Below are positions 1-11,198 of a stretch of DNA of 64,000 bases, one piece after another. Source of the stretch: an uncultured Gammaproteobacteria bacterium (GTDB lineage Bacteria; Patescibacteriota; Patescibacteriia; UBA9934); contig CAYPWV010000001.1 in assembly GCA_964414795.1 (NCBI GenBank), positions 5,221-69,220 on the forward strand. Reading direction: 5' to 3'. Both the position numbers and the translations under genes were made by a program. The notes beneath the pieces are model-generated. The model was given only the letters and a program-made list of their open reading frames with translations. It was not told where the DNA came from and did not search any database. Position 1 is the first letter of the stretch; each line of letters begins with the position of its first letter.

Positions 1-1207
1 TCGGCGTAGTAGCAGAAAGCAATACATCAACTTGTTTTACCGCATCATCATATTGCGCGCACAGCACCTGACGAACCGCAAGCGCTTTTTTATAATACGC
101 ATCGCCATAACCGGCTGAAAGCACAAATGATCCGATCATGATGCGACGCTTTGTTTCTATACCAAATCCCTTGCTCCGCGCAGTGATATACGCTTCATCG
201 AGTGCGCCATCGCCTCGTTCTCCGTAGCGCATGCCGTCGTAGCGCGCCAAATTTGATGATGCTTCTGCAGGCTGAATGATGTAATACGCAGGAAGTGCGT
301 ACGGCGTTGTGGGAATAGAAACTTCCACGATTTCTGCGCCTGCATGTTTGAGAACGTCGATTGCTTCGGTAACACAAGCGCGCACTTCGATATCCATTCC
401 TTCGACGAAATATTCCTTGGGAATGCCGATGCGGAGAGGGGGGATTTGGGGGGTGGGGTGTAGGGTGTGGGGGGTCGGGGGGGCCTCTGTCGTGGAATCG
501 TGCGTATCTTTTCCCGAAATAACTGACAAACACAACGCTACATCTTCAACCGTCGTGCCAAACGCACCCACCTGATCGAAACTTGATGCAAGTGCAGTAA
601 CGCCAAAACGCGAAACAGATCCGTACGTTGGCTTCATTCCCACAATGCCGCACATTGCTGCAGGCTGACGGATACTTCCTCCGGTGTCAGAGCCAAGGGC
701 AAGGGGCACAAATCCTGCCGCAACGGCAACCGCCGATCCACCACTTGAACCTCCGGGAATTTTTGTAACATCCCAGGGATTTTTTGTTTTTGTAAATGCC
801 GATGTTTCCGTAGAAGATCCCATCGCAAACTCGTCCATGTTCGTGCGACCGATGATGATTGCGCCATCGCGTTCAAGTCGTGCAACGACCGTTGATGTGT
901 ATGGCGCGCAATAGGTTTCGAGGATGTGCGAACCGGAACTAGAAATTTCTCCCGCATAGAGCATGTTGTCTTTGATGGCAACAGGAACTCCGCACAACGG
1001 GAGTGCTTCTTTTTCTTTTTGAGAAAGTGTGTCGATACGCTGAGCATTTGCACGAACACGATTTGCAAAGACTTCAAGAAAGGCGCCATATTCCCCATCG
1101 CGTTCTGCAATGTCGGCGAGCACCGCATCAACGATTTCTCGTGCAGATACTTTTTTTGTGAGGATACGATTGCGAATCTCAATTGCGGTTCCAGAATGCA
1201 AAGACAT
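1..1207 (-). CDS. gatA: Glutamyl-tRNA(Gln) amidotransferase subunit A. It is 3'-truncated by the window edge. Manual minus-strand translation from the ATG at 1207 is continuous to position 1, so the ORF track missed it only because there is no in-window stop.
   Basis: Amidase signature PGGSSGGSAVAVAAGFVPLALGSDTGGSIRQPAAMCGIVGMKPTYGSVSRFG read on the minus strand. The ATG lies 3 nt after the gatC stop. There is a proline-rich low-complexity insert encoded by a G-rich tract at 437-484. Confidence 0.85.
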   Translation of the reverse strand, partial: MSLHSGTAIEIRNRILTKKVSAREIVDAVLADIAERDGEYGAFLEVFANRVRANAQRIDTLSQKEKEALPLCGVPVAIKDNMLYAGEISSSGSHILETYCAPYTSTVVARLERDGAIIIGRTNMDEFAMGSSTETSAFTKTKNPWDVTKIPGGSSGGSAVAVAAGFVPLALGSDTGGSIRQPAAMCGIVGMKPTYGSVSRFGVTALASSFDQVGAFGTTVEDVALCLSVISGKDTHDSTTEAPPTPHTLHPTPQIPPLRIGIPKEYFVEGMDIEVRACVTEAIDVLKHAGAEIVEVSIPTTPYALPAYYIIQPAEASSNLARYDGMRYGERGDGALDEAYITARSKGFGIETKRRIMIGSFVLSAGYGDAYYKKALAVRQVLCAQYDDAVKQVDVLLSATTP

Positions 1208-1210
1208 ACG

Positions 1211-1522
1211 CTATTCTTGTTCAACAAACTTTTTCTTTGTGCGTGCACCTACTGAAGGAACTTGCAGTGCGCCTGCTTTCTTTTGCGGAAAAAGTGCAAG
1301 CGCAGCATCGCGAACAGTTGCATCTTCTTGCGCAACGTCATCACGCATCACGTTTACCAAGTCCGAAATATACGCGGCTGGATTTACGCCGTCGGTATTT
1401 ACCTCTTGCAGCTTTGCAACATACGCCAAGATAGAAGGAAGCTGTGCGCTCAGCGCCGCATGTTCTTCGGGTGTTAAACGAATTTTGGCGAGTTGTTCGA
1501 GTTTTGTGATGTCTATAAACAT
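1211..1522 (-). CDS. gatC: Asp/Glu-tRNA amidotransferase subunit C
   Basis: 103-aa ORF with typical GatC length and sequence (ITKLEQLAKIRLTPEEHAALSAQL...). It is immediately upstream of gatA. Confidence 0.85.
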   Translation of the reverse strand: MFIDITKLEQLAKIRLTPEEHAALSAQLPSILAYVAKLQEVNTDGVNPAAYISDLVNVMRDDVAQEDATVRDAALALFPQKKAGALQVPSVGARTKKKFVEQE

Positions 1523-1525
1523 AGT

Positions 1526-1553
1526 GGGTGTAGGGGGTTGGGTGTAGGGGGTT
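1526..1553. repeat. Tandem G-rich motif (gggtgtagggggtt x2); a putative G-quadruplex-forming tract on the plus strand
   Basis: Four G-runs are seen directly. A similar tract at 437-484 inside gatA and C-rich equivalents at 29720-29760, 31060-31100 and 31480-31520. Confidence 0.5.
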
Positions 1554-1558
1554 GCGAG

Positions 1559-1674
1559 GTGTCATCCTGAGGGAGATTCCAAGCCGACCGAAGGATCTCT
1601 GGATGAAGTGGTACAGTGGTTTCTCAAAAAATAGGAAGATCCTTCGGTCGACGTAGCGCTCCCTCAGGATGACA
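1559..1674. repeat. Family B palindromic repeat element (GTGTCATCCTGAGGGAG...GTCGACCGAAGGA...TCCTTCGGTCGAC...CTCCCTCAGGATGACAC), full length
   Basis: Near-perfect ~115-bp inverted repeat seen directly between the ligA stop and gatC start. Half copies at 4597-4648 and 37968-38020. Confidence 0.7.
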
Positions 1675-1704
1675 CAAACGCGGACATGACTACTGTATTG
1701 TCAA

Positions 1705-4575
<2,871 letters not shown>

Positions 4576-4596
4576 GTATAAGCATATAATAATAGG

Positions 4597-4648
4597 ACTC
4601 TCGAAGGTCCTTCGGTCGACAAGAGTCTCCCTCAGGATGACACGGGTG
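4597..4648. repeat. Family B repeat, half copy
   Basis: GAAGGTCCTTCGGTCGAC...CTCCCTCAGGATGACAC matches the right half of element 1559-1674. Confidence 0.6.
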
Positions 4649-4649
4649 C

Positions 4650-5165
4650 TTAATTCGTTTCTGGGGTCGTCGTATCTTCTGCAACCGTATACGCTGGACA
4701 CGTTCCTGCCACAAACCCATTTTCTGTTAAACAATTCAAACCTTTTTGCAATCCGAGCTGCGCGCTTGCAGATTCAAGTTCAAATTGCACACGAAATGAT
4801 TCGCTATCTGAGGTGTAGCAATATGCGTTCTCTTGATCTGCGCATCCTGAAAGCTTTTTTACGCCTTGTTGAGGTGTTTCGGGAACAAATTCAATGTATG
4901 GCTCTGTGTCTGAAGAACAGGGAGAAGAAAAACCATCAGCTCCTAAACATGCCGTGGTAACCTGACCAAGTGCGAGTGCGGTAGATGCTTCGGGATACAC
5001 GCCCTTTTCCATGTAAAAAAGATCAAGACCAATTTGCACCTCGCGCATGTGTGCAATACGCGTGACATCACGTAGTTGCGAACGTGCATGAAGCACAAGA
5101 AATCCGGAGATTACCCCCAAGATTGCAATAACCGTACCAATTGCGAATATTTCTGTTTTGTGCAT
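4650..5165 (-). CDS. Membrane-anchored secreted protein, possibly pilin-like. It has an N-terminal hydrophobic helix and a Cys-rich C-terminal region but no canonical G/FTLIE cleavage motif.
   Basis: MHKTEIFAIGTVIAILGVISGFLVL N-terminus. Six Cys in the C-terminal half. Located between pilD and pilM. Confidence 0.4.
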   Translation of the reverse strand: MHKTEIFAIGTVIAILGVISGFLVLHARSQLRDVTRIAHMREVQIGLDLFYMEKGVYPEASTALALGQVTTACLGADGFSSPCSSDTEPYIEFVPETPQQGVKKLSGCADQENAYCYTSDSESFRVQFELESASAQLGLQKGLNCLTENGFVAGTCPAYTVAEDTTTPETN

Positions 5166-5195
5166 AAAAGGTTAATGAACGATAAACCATGAACT

Positions 5196-5567
5196 TTAAA
5201 GCTCTCTTCCCGCTCTGCGAACAATGTCTTGGGGAGTTTGATGACCGCGCAGTGCTACCGTTGCCGCCCCGGCATTCAGCAGCTCTTCGGCTTCTCCGGG
5301 GTGCAGAACCGATACCTCTACAATAACACGAGTTTGGGTAAGCGTAGGAAGGGTTTTCCAGCGCCGCAAGAGAAAGAGCATTTCGTCCTTCTGCTGCATC
5401 TGCGCAACAATCACATGCGGGCGAAATTGTACTGCCCTGCGTTCCGCATCTTCGGCACGCGATGACTCTTCCGCTTCCCATCCTTCTTTTTCAAATTGCC
5501 GCACAAGAACACTTCTGTAGCGTGCATCCGTGCATAAAATAATCACGCGAGGTTCTCGAGACTTCAT
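5196..5567 (-). CDS. Degenerate CheY-like receiver domain protein (pseudo-receiver). The phospho-acceptor Asp positions are not conserved.
   Basis: About 120 aa with receiver-like alternation (RVIILCTDARYRS...HVIVAQ...VIVEVS). Adjacent to and overlapping the pilM 3' end. The start is inferred at MKSREP. Confidence 0.35.
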   Translation of the reverse strand: MKSREPRVIILCTDARYRSVLVRQFEKEGWEAEESSRAEDAERRAVQFRPHVIVAQMQQKDEMLFLLRRWKTLPTLTQTRVIVEVSVLHPGEAEELLNAGAATVALRGHQTPQDIVRRAGREL

Positions 5568-6682
5568 ACAATCCCTTTTTCTGTAATGCGAAGTGCAAGA
5601 CCTGCCGCAACACACAAACGAGGCCCTACTTCTTCTAAAATCTCTCGCGCTTCAGGTGCGGTAGCGATGCGTGCCCATGGATCTCCGATATACACATTTA
5701 CGTTGAGCGCCGCAGTAACGTACGCATCAATGCCCGGAAGATGCGCGGAACCGCCCGTGATAAAAATCTTTTCCACGGTTTTGTGATCGTGAAAGGCTTG
5801 ATCTGCATACATCTGCAGTGCGTAGCGCATTTCGTGCACCATGGGTTGAAGTGCTTCTTGCAAGGGCTTAGGGAGTTCTTGCACGCCGTAGCCTAAATCT
5901 CGCTTTGCAACTTCTGCATCAGCCTCAGAAATACCCATGTTCTTTGCAAGTGCTCGGGTGATTTCCTCTCCCCCTCCCTTAATACCTCTCGTAAGAAACG
6001 GGATTCCTTCATCGGCAATAATCACATTTGAACGCTTTCCGCCCATATCTACAATCATAATCTGGGCATTCTCTTCGGAAACTAATGCACGCACCAGCGA
6101 CATCACTTCGGTTTCTAAAGAAACCAACTCAATTCCTGCCTTAGTAAAAACATCGAGATATTTTTGAATGAGTTTTTTAGGAGCTCCCGTAAGAAAAATA
6201 CGAATAAAACGCTCCTTGCCTTCACTTGCGGCTGCACCTTCATTTTTTCCGGCATTCTTTAATGCCTCTTTATCTAAAACTACGGAATCAAGCACCATTT
6301 CTTCAAGAGGCAGGGAAAATACTTTTTTTGCTTGCGCCTCAATTGCCGGACGTAGATCTTCAAGAGGAGAAGACGGGATAGGGATACTGATAATGGTATG
6401 AAAAACTTCGGATGCCGGAAGCGCCGCAATGGCTTTTTTTGCACGAACTCCTGCATCTTTGCAGATACTTTTTATCATATTCGCAATCTTGTCTGGCTCA
6501 AGAAGCAGCGAAAGATCGTTTTGGATGCTGGTTATTTCGGCGTAACCATACGTTGTAAGTCGAGGCTTTTCTTTTTCGAGTGTAAGCTCTACTACTTTTA
6601 CCCCCACGGTTCCAATATCTATTCCTAAAAGACCGTTAAAAACGGGCTCTGTTCCTTTTTTTGATCCTCCAAACAAGGCCAT
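5564..6682 (-). CDS. pilM: Type IV pilus assembly ATPase-like protein PilM (actin-like fold)
   Basis: LLGIDIGTVGVKVVEL N-terminal actin-fold motif, ~370 aa. The start is chosen at Met19 of the listed ORF (MALFGGSKK), which avoids overlap with rnhA. Confidence 0.8.
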   Translation of the reverse strand: MALFGGSKKGTEPVFNGLLGIDIGTVGVKVVELTLEKEKPRLTTYGYAEITSIQNDLSLLLEPDKIANMIKSICKDAGVRAKKAIAALPASEVFHTIISIPIPSSPLEDLRPAIEAQAKKVFSLPLEEMVLDSVVLDKEALKNAGKNEGAAASEGKERFIRIFLTGAPKKLIQKYLDVFTKAGIELVSLETEVMSLVRALVSEENAQIMIVDMGGKRSNVIIADEGIPFLTRGIKGGGEEITRALAKNMGISEADAEVAKRDLGYGVQELPKPLQEALQPMVHEMRYALQMYADQAFHDHKTVEKIFITGGSAHLPGIDAYVTAALNVNVYIGDPWARIATAPEAREILEEVGPRLCVAAGLALRITEKGIV

Positions 6683-6704
6683 ATGGGGGAAGTATAGCAC
6701 TTCC

Positions 6705-7313
6705 CTACTTCCTTCTATACGCAGTTGCGAGGGCATCGGCGTATTCGTTCCAGCGATTGCCTGCGTGCGCCTTGATCCACTGGAGCGTTATTTCGGGGCG
6801 ATCTTCAAGCAGTGCATGTAACTCTTGCACAAGTTCTAAGTTTTTAATCTCTCCTTTTGATCCTTTTGCTCGTCTCCAGCCCAGCAATTTCCATTTATGA
6901 ATCCAGGTATTGAACGTATTTACACATAATTCACTGTCGGTATACACGACTGTTGTAACGCCACGCGGAACCAATCGACATGCCGCAAGAAGCCCCGTAA
7001 GTTCCATTCGATTATTTGTGGTGTGCGGTTCGTGTCCGCATTCTTCTGCAATAATTTCGTTATCAACCACATACACCGCTCCCCAACCTCCGGGTCCTGG
7101 ATTTGGGTCTGCAGATCCATCAGTAAACACGCCGGACATCGGACCAGCGATATATTTTTCTAGCACCTCAGCTTTTGAAAAATTCTTTTCTCGTGCAGAA
7201 GAAAATTTCTTACAATTCATGCACGTGCTTGGATTCCATCCAGGAAACTTTGCAAGCGTTGCCGCAGGAAAAGAAAACGCTTTATTGCACACTTTGCAGA
7301 GAAATGAGGACAT
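6705..7313 (-). CDS. rnhA: Ribonuclease HI with N-terminal zinc-ribbon
   Basis: TDGSADPNPGPGGWGAV, NNRMELTGLLAA, YTDSELCVNTFNTWIHKWK, AHAGNRWNEYADALA are RNase H catalytic motifs. Confidence 0.85.
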   Translation of the reverse strand: MSSFLCKVCNKAFSFPAATLAKFPGWNPSTCMNCKKFSSAREKNFSKAEVLEKYIAGPMSGVFTDGSADPNPGPGGWGAVYVVDNEIIAEECGHEPHTTNNRMELTGLLAACRLVPRGVTTVVYTDSELCVNTFNTWIHKWKLLGWRRAKGSKGEIKNLELVQELHALLEDRPEITLQWIKAHAGNRWNEYADALATAYRRK

Positions 7314-7435
7314 AAAACTATTTTACAAAACTAGTTCGAAACTGTGACAGTTTGTCACGGTTTTATTTTTCATAATATGGTGTAAAAACACCTTTACATA
7401 CCGATTATTACCGCAAAAATTTTCATGATCCCAAT

Positions 7436-8419
7436 TTATTTCTTTTCAAGATCTTCATATATCTTTTTTGCTATGTGATAAGCAAAATTAACCGGCACGG
7501 CATTGCCAATCATTTTATAACCGTCAGCTACATCACGATATTTGAAAATAAAATCATCAGGAAATGTTTGTATTCTTGCACACTCTCTCACGGACAGACG
7601 GCGATACAAATCCTCTTTACCTGGAACGAAAATCCTTTCATTTTGAGAAATAAATTTCATTTTTGGGGCTTGTGGATGCAATGGGGCATGGCGACCTCCT
7701 GCCTGAATAGTAAATGAAGGCTCGTCCCATGAGCGTACACGATTTCTCGACATATATATTGTCGAAAATCCTCCTGTCATATACTCATGATTTGGAATTT
7801 TCAAACTGTCGCCATGGGTTTTGTTTTTTTCTAAAGCAGGTTCTGCTGAGCCTAAGTTATAAATTGCATCTTTCAAAACTGGCTTATATTTTTGTGGCTG
7901 AGGAAATTCAAACTTCTTTTTTAAGTCTTTTCTATAGCCAACGATAATAACACGCAAACGATCCTCTGGAACATCAAAATCATTTGCATTTAAAAGTTGG
8001 TATGAAATTGCATACCCAGCATTCTCGAATTCTTTTAAAATTGCATTAAATGCATCTGCGTGTTTTGGGTGCAAAATACCAGACACATTTTCTGCAAGGA
8101 AAAATTTTGGCTGCTTATCTTTTAAGATGCGAATATAGTCATAAAATAACTTACCTCTTTGGTCATCTATTCCCCTCCCCGCACCTGCCTCACTCCAACT
8201 TTGACATGGTGGTCCACCAACTATTCCATCGATAATTGGAACATCTTCACTTTTAACATCCGTAATACTTCGAGTATCTAGCGTTGTATTAGGAAAGTTT
8301 AATTTGAACGTATCCCAAATCGACGAATCATATTCATTTGCCCAAGCAATGTGAAAACCAGCTTTTTCAAAGCCCTTATCCAGCCCTCCTGCACCTGAAA
8401 AAAAAGAAGCTATTTTCAT
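7436..8419 (-). CDS. DNA (cytosine-5)-methyltransferase, HaeIII-like (predicted GGCC specificity)
   Basis: C5-MTase motifs FSGAGG (I), GGPPCQSWSEAG (IV), ENV (VI), RECARIQTFPDDF...GNAVPV (IX/X). Strong resemblance along the whole length to M.HaeIII as recalled from memory. AT-rich relative to its flanks. Confidence 0.9.
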   Translation of the reverse strand: MKIASFFSGAGGLDKGFEKAGFHIAWANEYDSSIWDTFKLNFPNTTLDTRSITDVKSEDVPIIDGIVGGPPCQSWSEAGAGRGIDDQRGKLFYDYIRILKDKQPKFFLAENVSGILHPKHADAFNAILKEFENAGYAISYQLLNANDFDVPEDRLRVIIVGYRKDLKKKFEFPQPQKYKPVLKDAIYNLGSAEPALEKNKTHGDSLKIPNHEYMTGGFSTIYMSRNRVRSWDEPSFTIQAGGRHAPLHPQAPKMKFISQNERIFVPGKEDLYRRLSVRECARIQTFPDDFIFKYRDVADGYKMIGNAVPVNFAYHIAKKIYEDLEKK

Positions 8420-8423
8420 AAAA

Positions 8424-9404
8424 TTAATCTTGACTAAGATTAAGAATATTTTTAAATAGTTTTTTAGGCGACTTTAAAAGATTGATATCAAACTTTAAAG
8501 AAGATTCAACCCGAGAACTTGCATTATGAATTCTAAAAGAAAGAGTCCAATCATTGTCCATTGTTACTATCACCGTGGTATCACTACCAGTTTTAAAATC
8601 AATATCAATAATCTCTGTCGGCAATGGAACTTTTGGAGTTTTATATTTAGGTTGAACATCCTTGAAAGGTAAATTCAAAGAACCATTTATATTATATGCA
8701 TGGATTTCCACTTTATTCTTACCCTTAACAACTTTATAAAAATCCCTATTTCCCACAAGATAAGCGACAAGATTTGATGCAACTTTAGTAGGATTTTCTT
8801 CTTGAAGACTTCTAAGTTCTTCGATAAATGCTTTTAAAATTGGAATGTAAATATCTGCATGATAGTCACCAATCTCGCTCCACTTTTTTGTAGCATTACT
8901 TTCTTTTCTGATCTTTTCTAAATTATTAAAAATCGGTATTACTTTATCAAAATAATTTTCAGAAACTTTAATACCAAACCATTTTTCGCCGAAATTAATG
9001 TTTGAAGAAAGTCTTGAGTGCTTTACTGCGTGATGATTATTTTTTGCGGATATACCTATTTCCCATTTCTGCAAAAGACGTATGACTAAAACATCACGCA
9101 CATCTCCAGATTTTCCTTTATCGTCAGATAAAATTTCAAGTTGAAGAATATCATCTTCACTGATATCGTTTGAAAGCCTTGGCTCAATATCCATTAAAAA
9201 ATTAACAGCAAAACTTGCAGAAAGAGAATATCCGCTTCGTTCTAAGTCTGACACACTGTCAAAACATTCTTTTGCAATCTGAAAAGAAGAATTTTTAATA
9301 ACCCGTACATTTGTTTTATTTTTAAGTTTTTCCTCGAATTGAACGAGTAGGGAGTATTCAAAGGATTTTCCGGTTATCATTTGTTTTGATTTTTTTGATG
9401 CCAT
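8424..9404 (-). CDS. Putative type II restriction endonuclease partner of the HaeIII-like methylase
   Basis: 326-aa AT-rich ORF 4 bp upstream of the methylase on the same strand. Its size matches HaeIII-family REases. The assignment rests on context; I recognised no catalytic motif. Confidence 0.55.
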   Translation of the reverse strand: MASKKSKQMITGKSFEYSLLVQFEEKLKNKTNVRVIKNSSFQIAKECFDSVSDLERSGYSLSASFAVNFLMDIEPRLSNDISEDDILQLEILSDDKGKSGDVRDVLVIRLLQKWEIGISAKNNHHAVKHSRLSSNINFGEKWFGIKVSENYFDKVIPIFNNLEKIRKESNATKKWSEIGDYHADIYIPILKAFIEELRSLQEENPTKVASNLVAYLVGNRDFYKVVKGKNKVEIHAYNINGSLNLPFKDVQPKYKTPKVPLPTEIIDIDFKTGSDTTVIVTMDNDWTLSFRIHNASSRVESSLKFDINLLKSPKKLFKNILNLSQD

Positions 9405-9416
9405 AAAGTTATTCTT

Positions 9417-11183
9417 CTATATTGTACCTCCTTTCTGTACATCCACTACGCGATACTGCAATGAACGCTTGCCGTTCCAGGTATTTACCTCAACTTCGTA
9501 GGCGATGTCGAGGTGATCGCCGGTACGAAGAACGGATGCGAGGTGACCAAAGCCAAACCCCACAAACGTTATTTGTTTACCGTTTAGTTCTCGCGTAACA
9601 AAACGAAGATGCGCACCCGTGGAACCCATGCGGACGGTTTCTTCAAGCATAAGATCGCGAGCTGCGAAAACGGGCGGGCGGTTTCCTTCGCCAAAAGGTG
9701 CGCATTGCATAAGAAGCGCATGAAGTTCCCAAGACACTTCAGAAGGTGCGTGCACCGCATCTACATGCAATACATCACACGGTCCATCTGCACCGTAATA
9801 GGCTTGCGCAAACGCATTTCCTCGTGCACGAAAAAGAGCAATCATGTCGGGATTATGTAAAGAAAGTCCACATGCTTGCGGATGACCTCCGCGCTTGATG
9901 TACAGCTCATCTCCGCACGCATTCATCAACTCAACAAGATGTAACCCGCCCAAACTTCTTCCCGAACCCACCACATGATCTCCCACATTGGTGAGCGCAA
10001 ACGCAGGCTTGCCAAAATCATTCTGCAAACGCCCCGCGATAAGACCAACGATGCCCGGAAGCCAATGCGGCGCATAGGCTACAAGCAACTGATCTTCCTT
10101 ATACTCTCGCTCTACTTGCTCAACCGCTTCTTTATACATTTGCTGAAACACTGACTGCCGATCACGATTCAATCGCTCGAGCACGTTTGCTTTTTCTACA
10201 GCTTCCTCAGGCGTTTTTGCGGATAATGTTTCAAACGCCGCCGAAGCAGACGCCATACGCCCCGCTGCATTCATCCGCGGTCCAATACGAAAACCAATTG
10301 CCGTCGTATCAATATCTGCAAACTCGGTTCCACTCATTTCTACAAGTGCGCGAAGTCCTGGACGACGCGTTTTTTGCAGCACGCGCAAACCGTAATATTC
10401 AAGCACGCGATTCTCTCCAATGAGTGGCATGACGTCGGTAACGGTTGCGATTGCCACCAAATCCAAAAACCATTTTTCATATCCTTGTGCGAATGCTGCT
10501 CCTCGTTTTTGCGCTTCGGTAATCAGTGCAGAGGCGAATTTGAAGGCAACTCCCGTGCCGCACAAGGTTTTGTTGGGATAGGTCTCTCCTGGAGCAGAAG
10601 GATGCAAAATAATGGCGTGCTCGGGAAAGTGCTGGCCCATTTGATGGTGATCGCACACGATGACTTGCATGCCGAGTTCGTGTGCTCGCCCAAGTTCAAC
10701 GCCATTTGCGATGCCACAATCAACCGTCACCAAAAGCTCTACGCCTTCCGACGCAAAACGCTCAATGGTATGCAACGCAACGCCGTAGCCATCTTTTTCT
10801 CGATCGGGGAGAAAGGTTACAACATTTGCCTGCCATCCCAACTTTTCTGCAATTTCTTGGAGCGCACCAAACAAGAGCGTTGTTCCGCTTACACCATCTG
10901 CATCATAATCGCCATGAATAACAATGCGTGCACCGCTTTCAAGCGCGTCCATCATCGTATCCACCGCCTCTTGCATACGCGTAAACGCAAACGGGCTGTG
11001 TGTTCCGCTTTCCCACGATGGCGTAAGAAATGATTCTTTCTGCTCCGGATCAATCCCGCGATTTACTAAAAGCTGTGCAAGGAGATCGTCCTGCACACGT
11101 TCAGCAACATGCCACTTTTTTGTTGAAAATGTCTTTTGTTTTTCTATAGAAAATAACCTTAGCAGATATTTCTTCTTCGCCAA
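9417..11183 (-). CDS. recJ: Single-stranded-DNA-specific exonuclease RecJ (DHH/DHHA1)
   Basis: HGDYDADGVSG, VIVCDHHQ (DHH motif), 588 aa. Confidence 0.85.
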   Translation of the reverse strand: MAKKKYLLRLFSIEKQKTFSTKKWHVAERVQDDLLAQLLVNRGIDPEQKESFLTPSWESGTHSPFAFTRMQEAVDTMMDALESGARIVIHGDYDADGVSGTTLLFGALQEIAEKLGWQANVVTFLPDREKDGYGVALHTIERFASEGVELLVTVDCGIANGVELGRAHELGMQVIVCDHHQMGQHFPEHAIILHPSAPGETYPNKTLCGTGVAFKFASALITEAQKRGAAFAQGYEKWFLDLVAIATVTDVMPLIGENRVLEYYGLRVLQKTRRPGLRALVEMSGTEFADIDTTAIGFRIGPRMNAAGRMASASAAFETLSAKTPEEAVEKANVLERLNRDRQSVFQQMYKEAVEQVEREYKEDQLLVAYAPHWLPGIVGLIAGRLQNDFGKPAFALTNVGDHVVGSGRSLGGLHLVELMNACGDELYIKRGGHPQACGLSLHNPDMIALFRARGNAFAQAYYGADGPCDVLHVDAVHAPSEVSWELHALLMQCAPFGEGNRPPVFAARDLMLEETVRMGSTGAHLRFVTRELNGKQITFVGFGFGHLASVLRTGDHLDIAYEVEVNTWNGKRSLQYRVVDVQKGGTI

Positions 11184-11198
11184 GAAAGATATCCCGAA

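Noticed and set aside
1-1207. No long minus-strand ORF for gatA in the ORF track despite clear amidase-signature sequence. This raised the possibility of a frameshifted pseudogene.
   Set aside because: Manual translation from the ATG at 1207 is continuous and in-frame to the window edge. The track omits it only because the ORF has no in-window stop.
1110-1547. 145-aa and other plus-strand ORFs antisense to gatC/gatA, and similar antisense ORFs inside ligA, recJ, pyrG and the 1377-aa gene.
   Set aside because: They are shadow ORFs on the opposite strand of well-supported genes.
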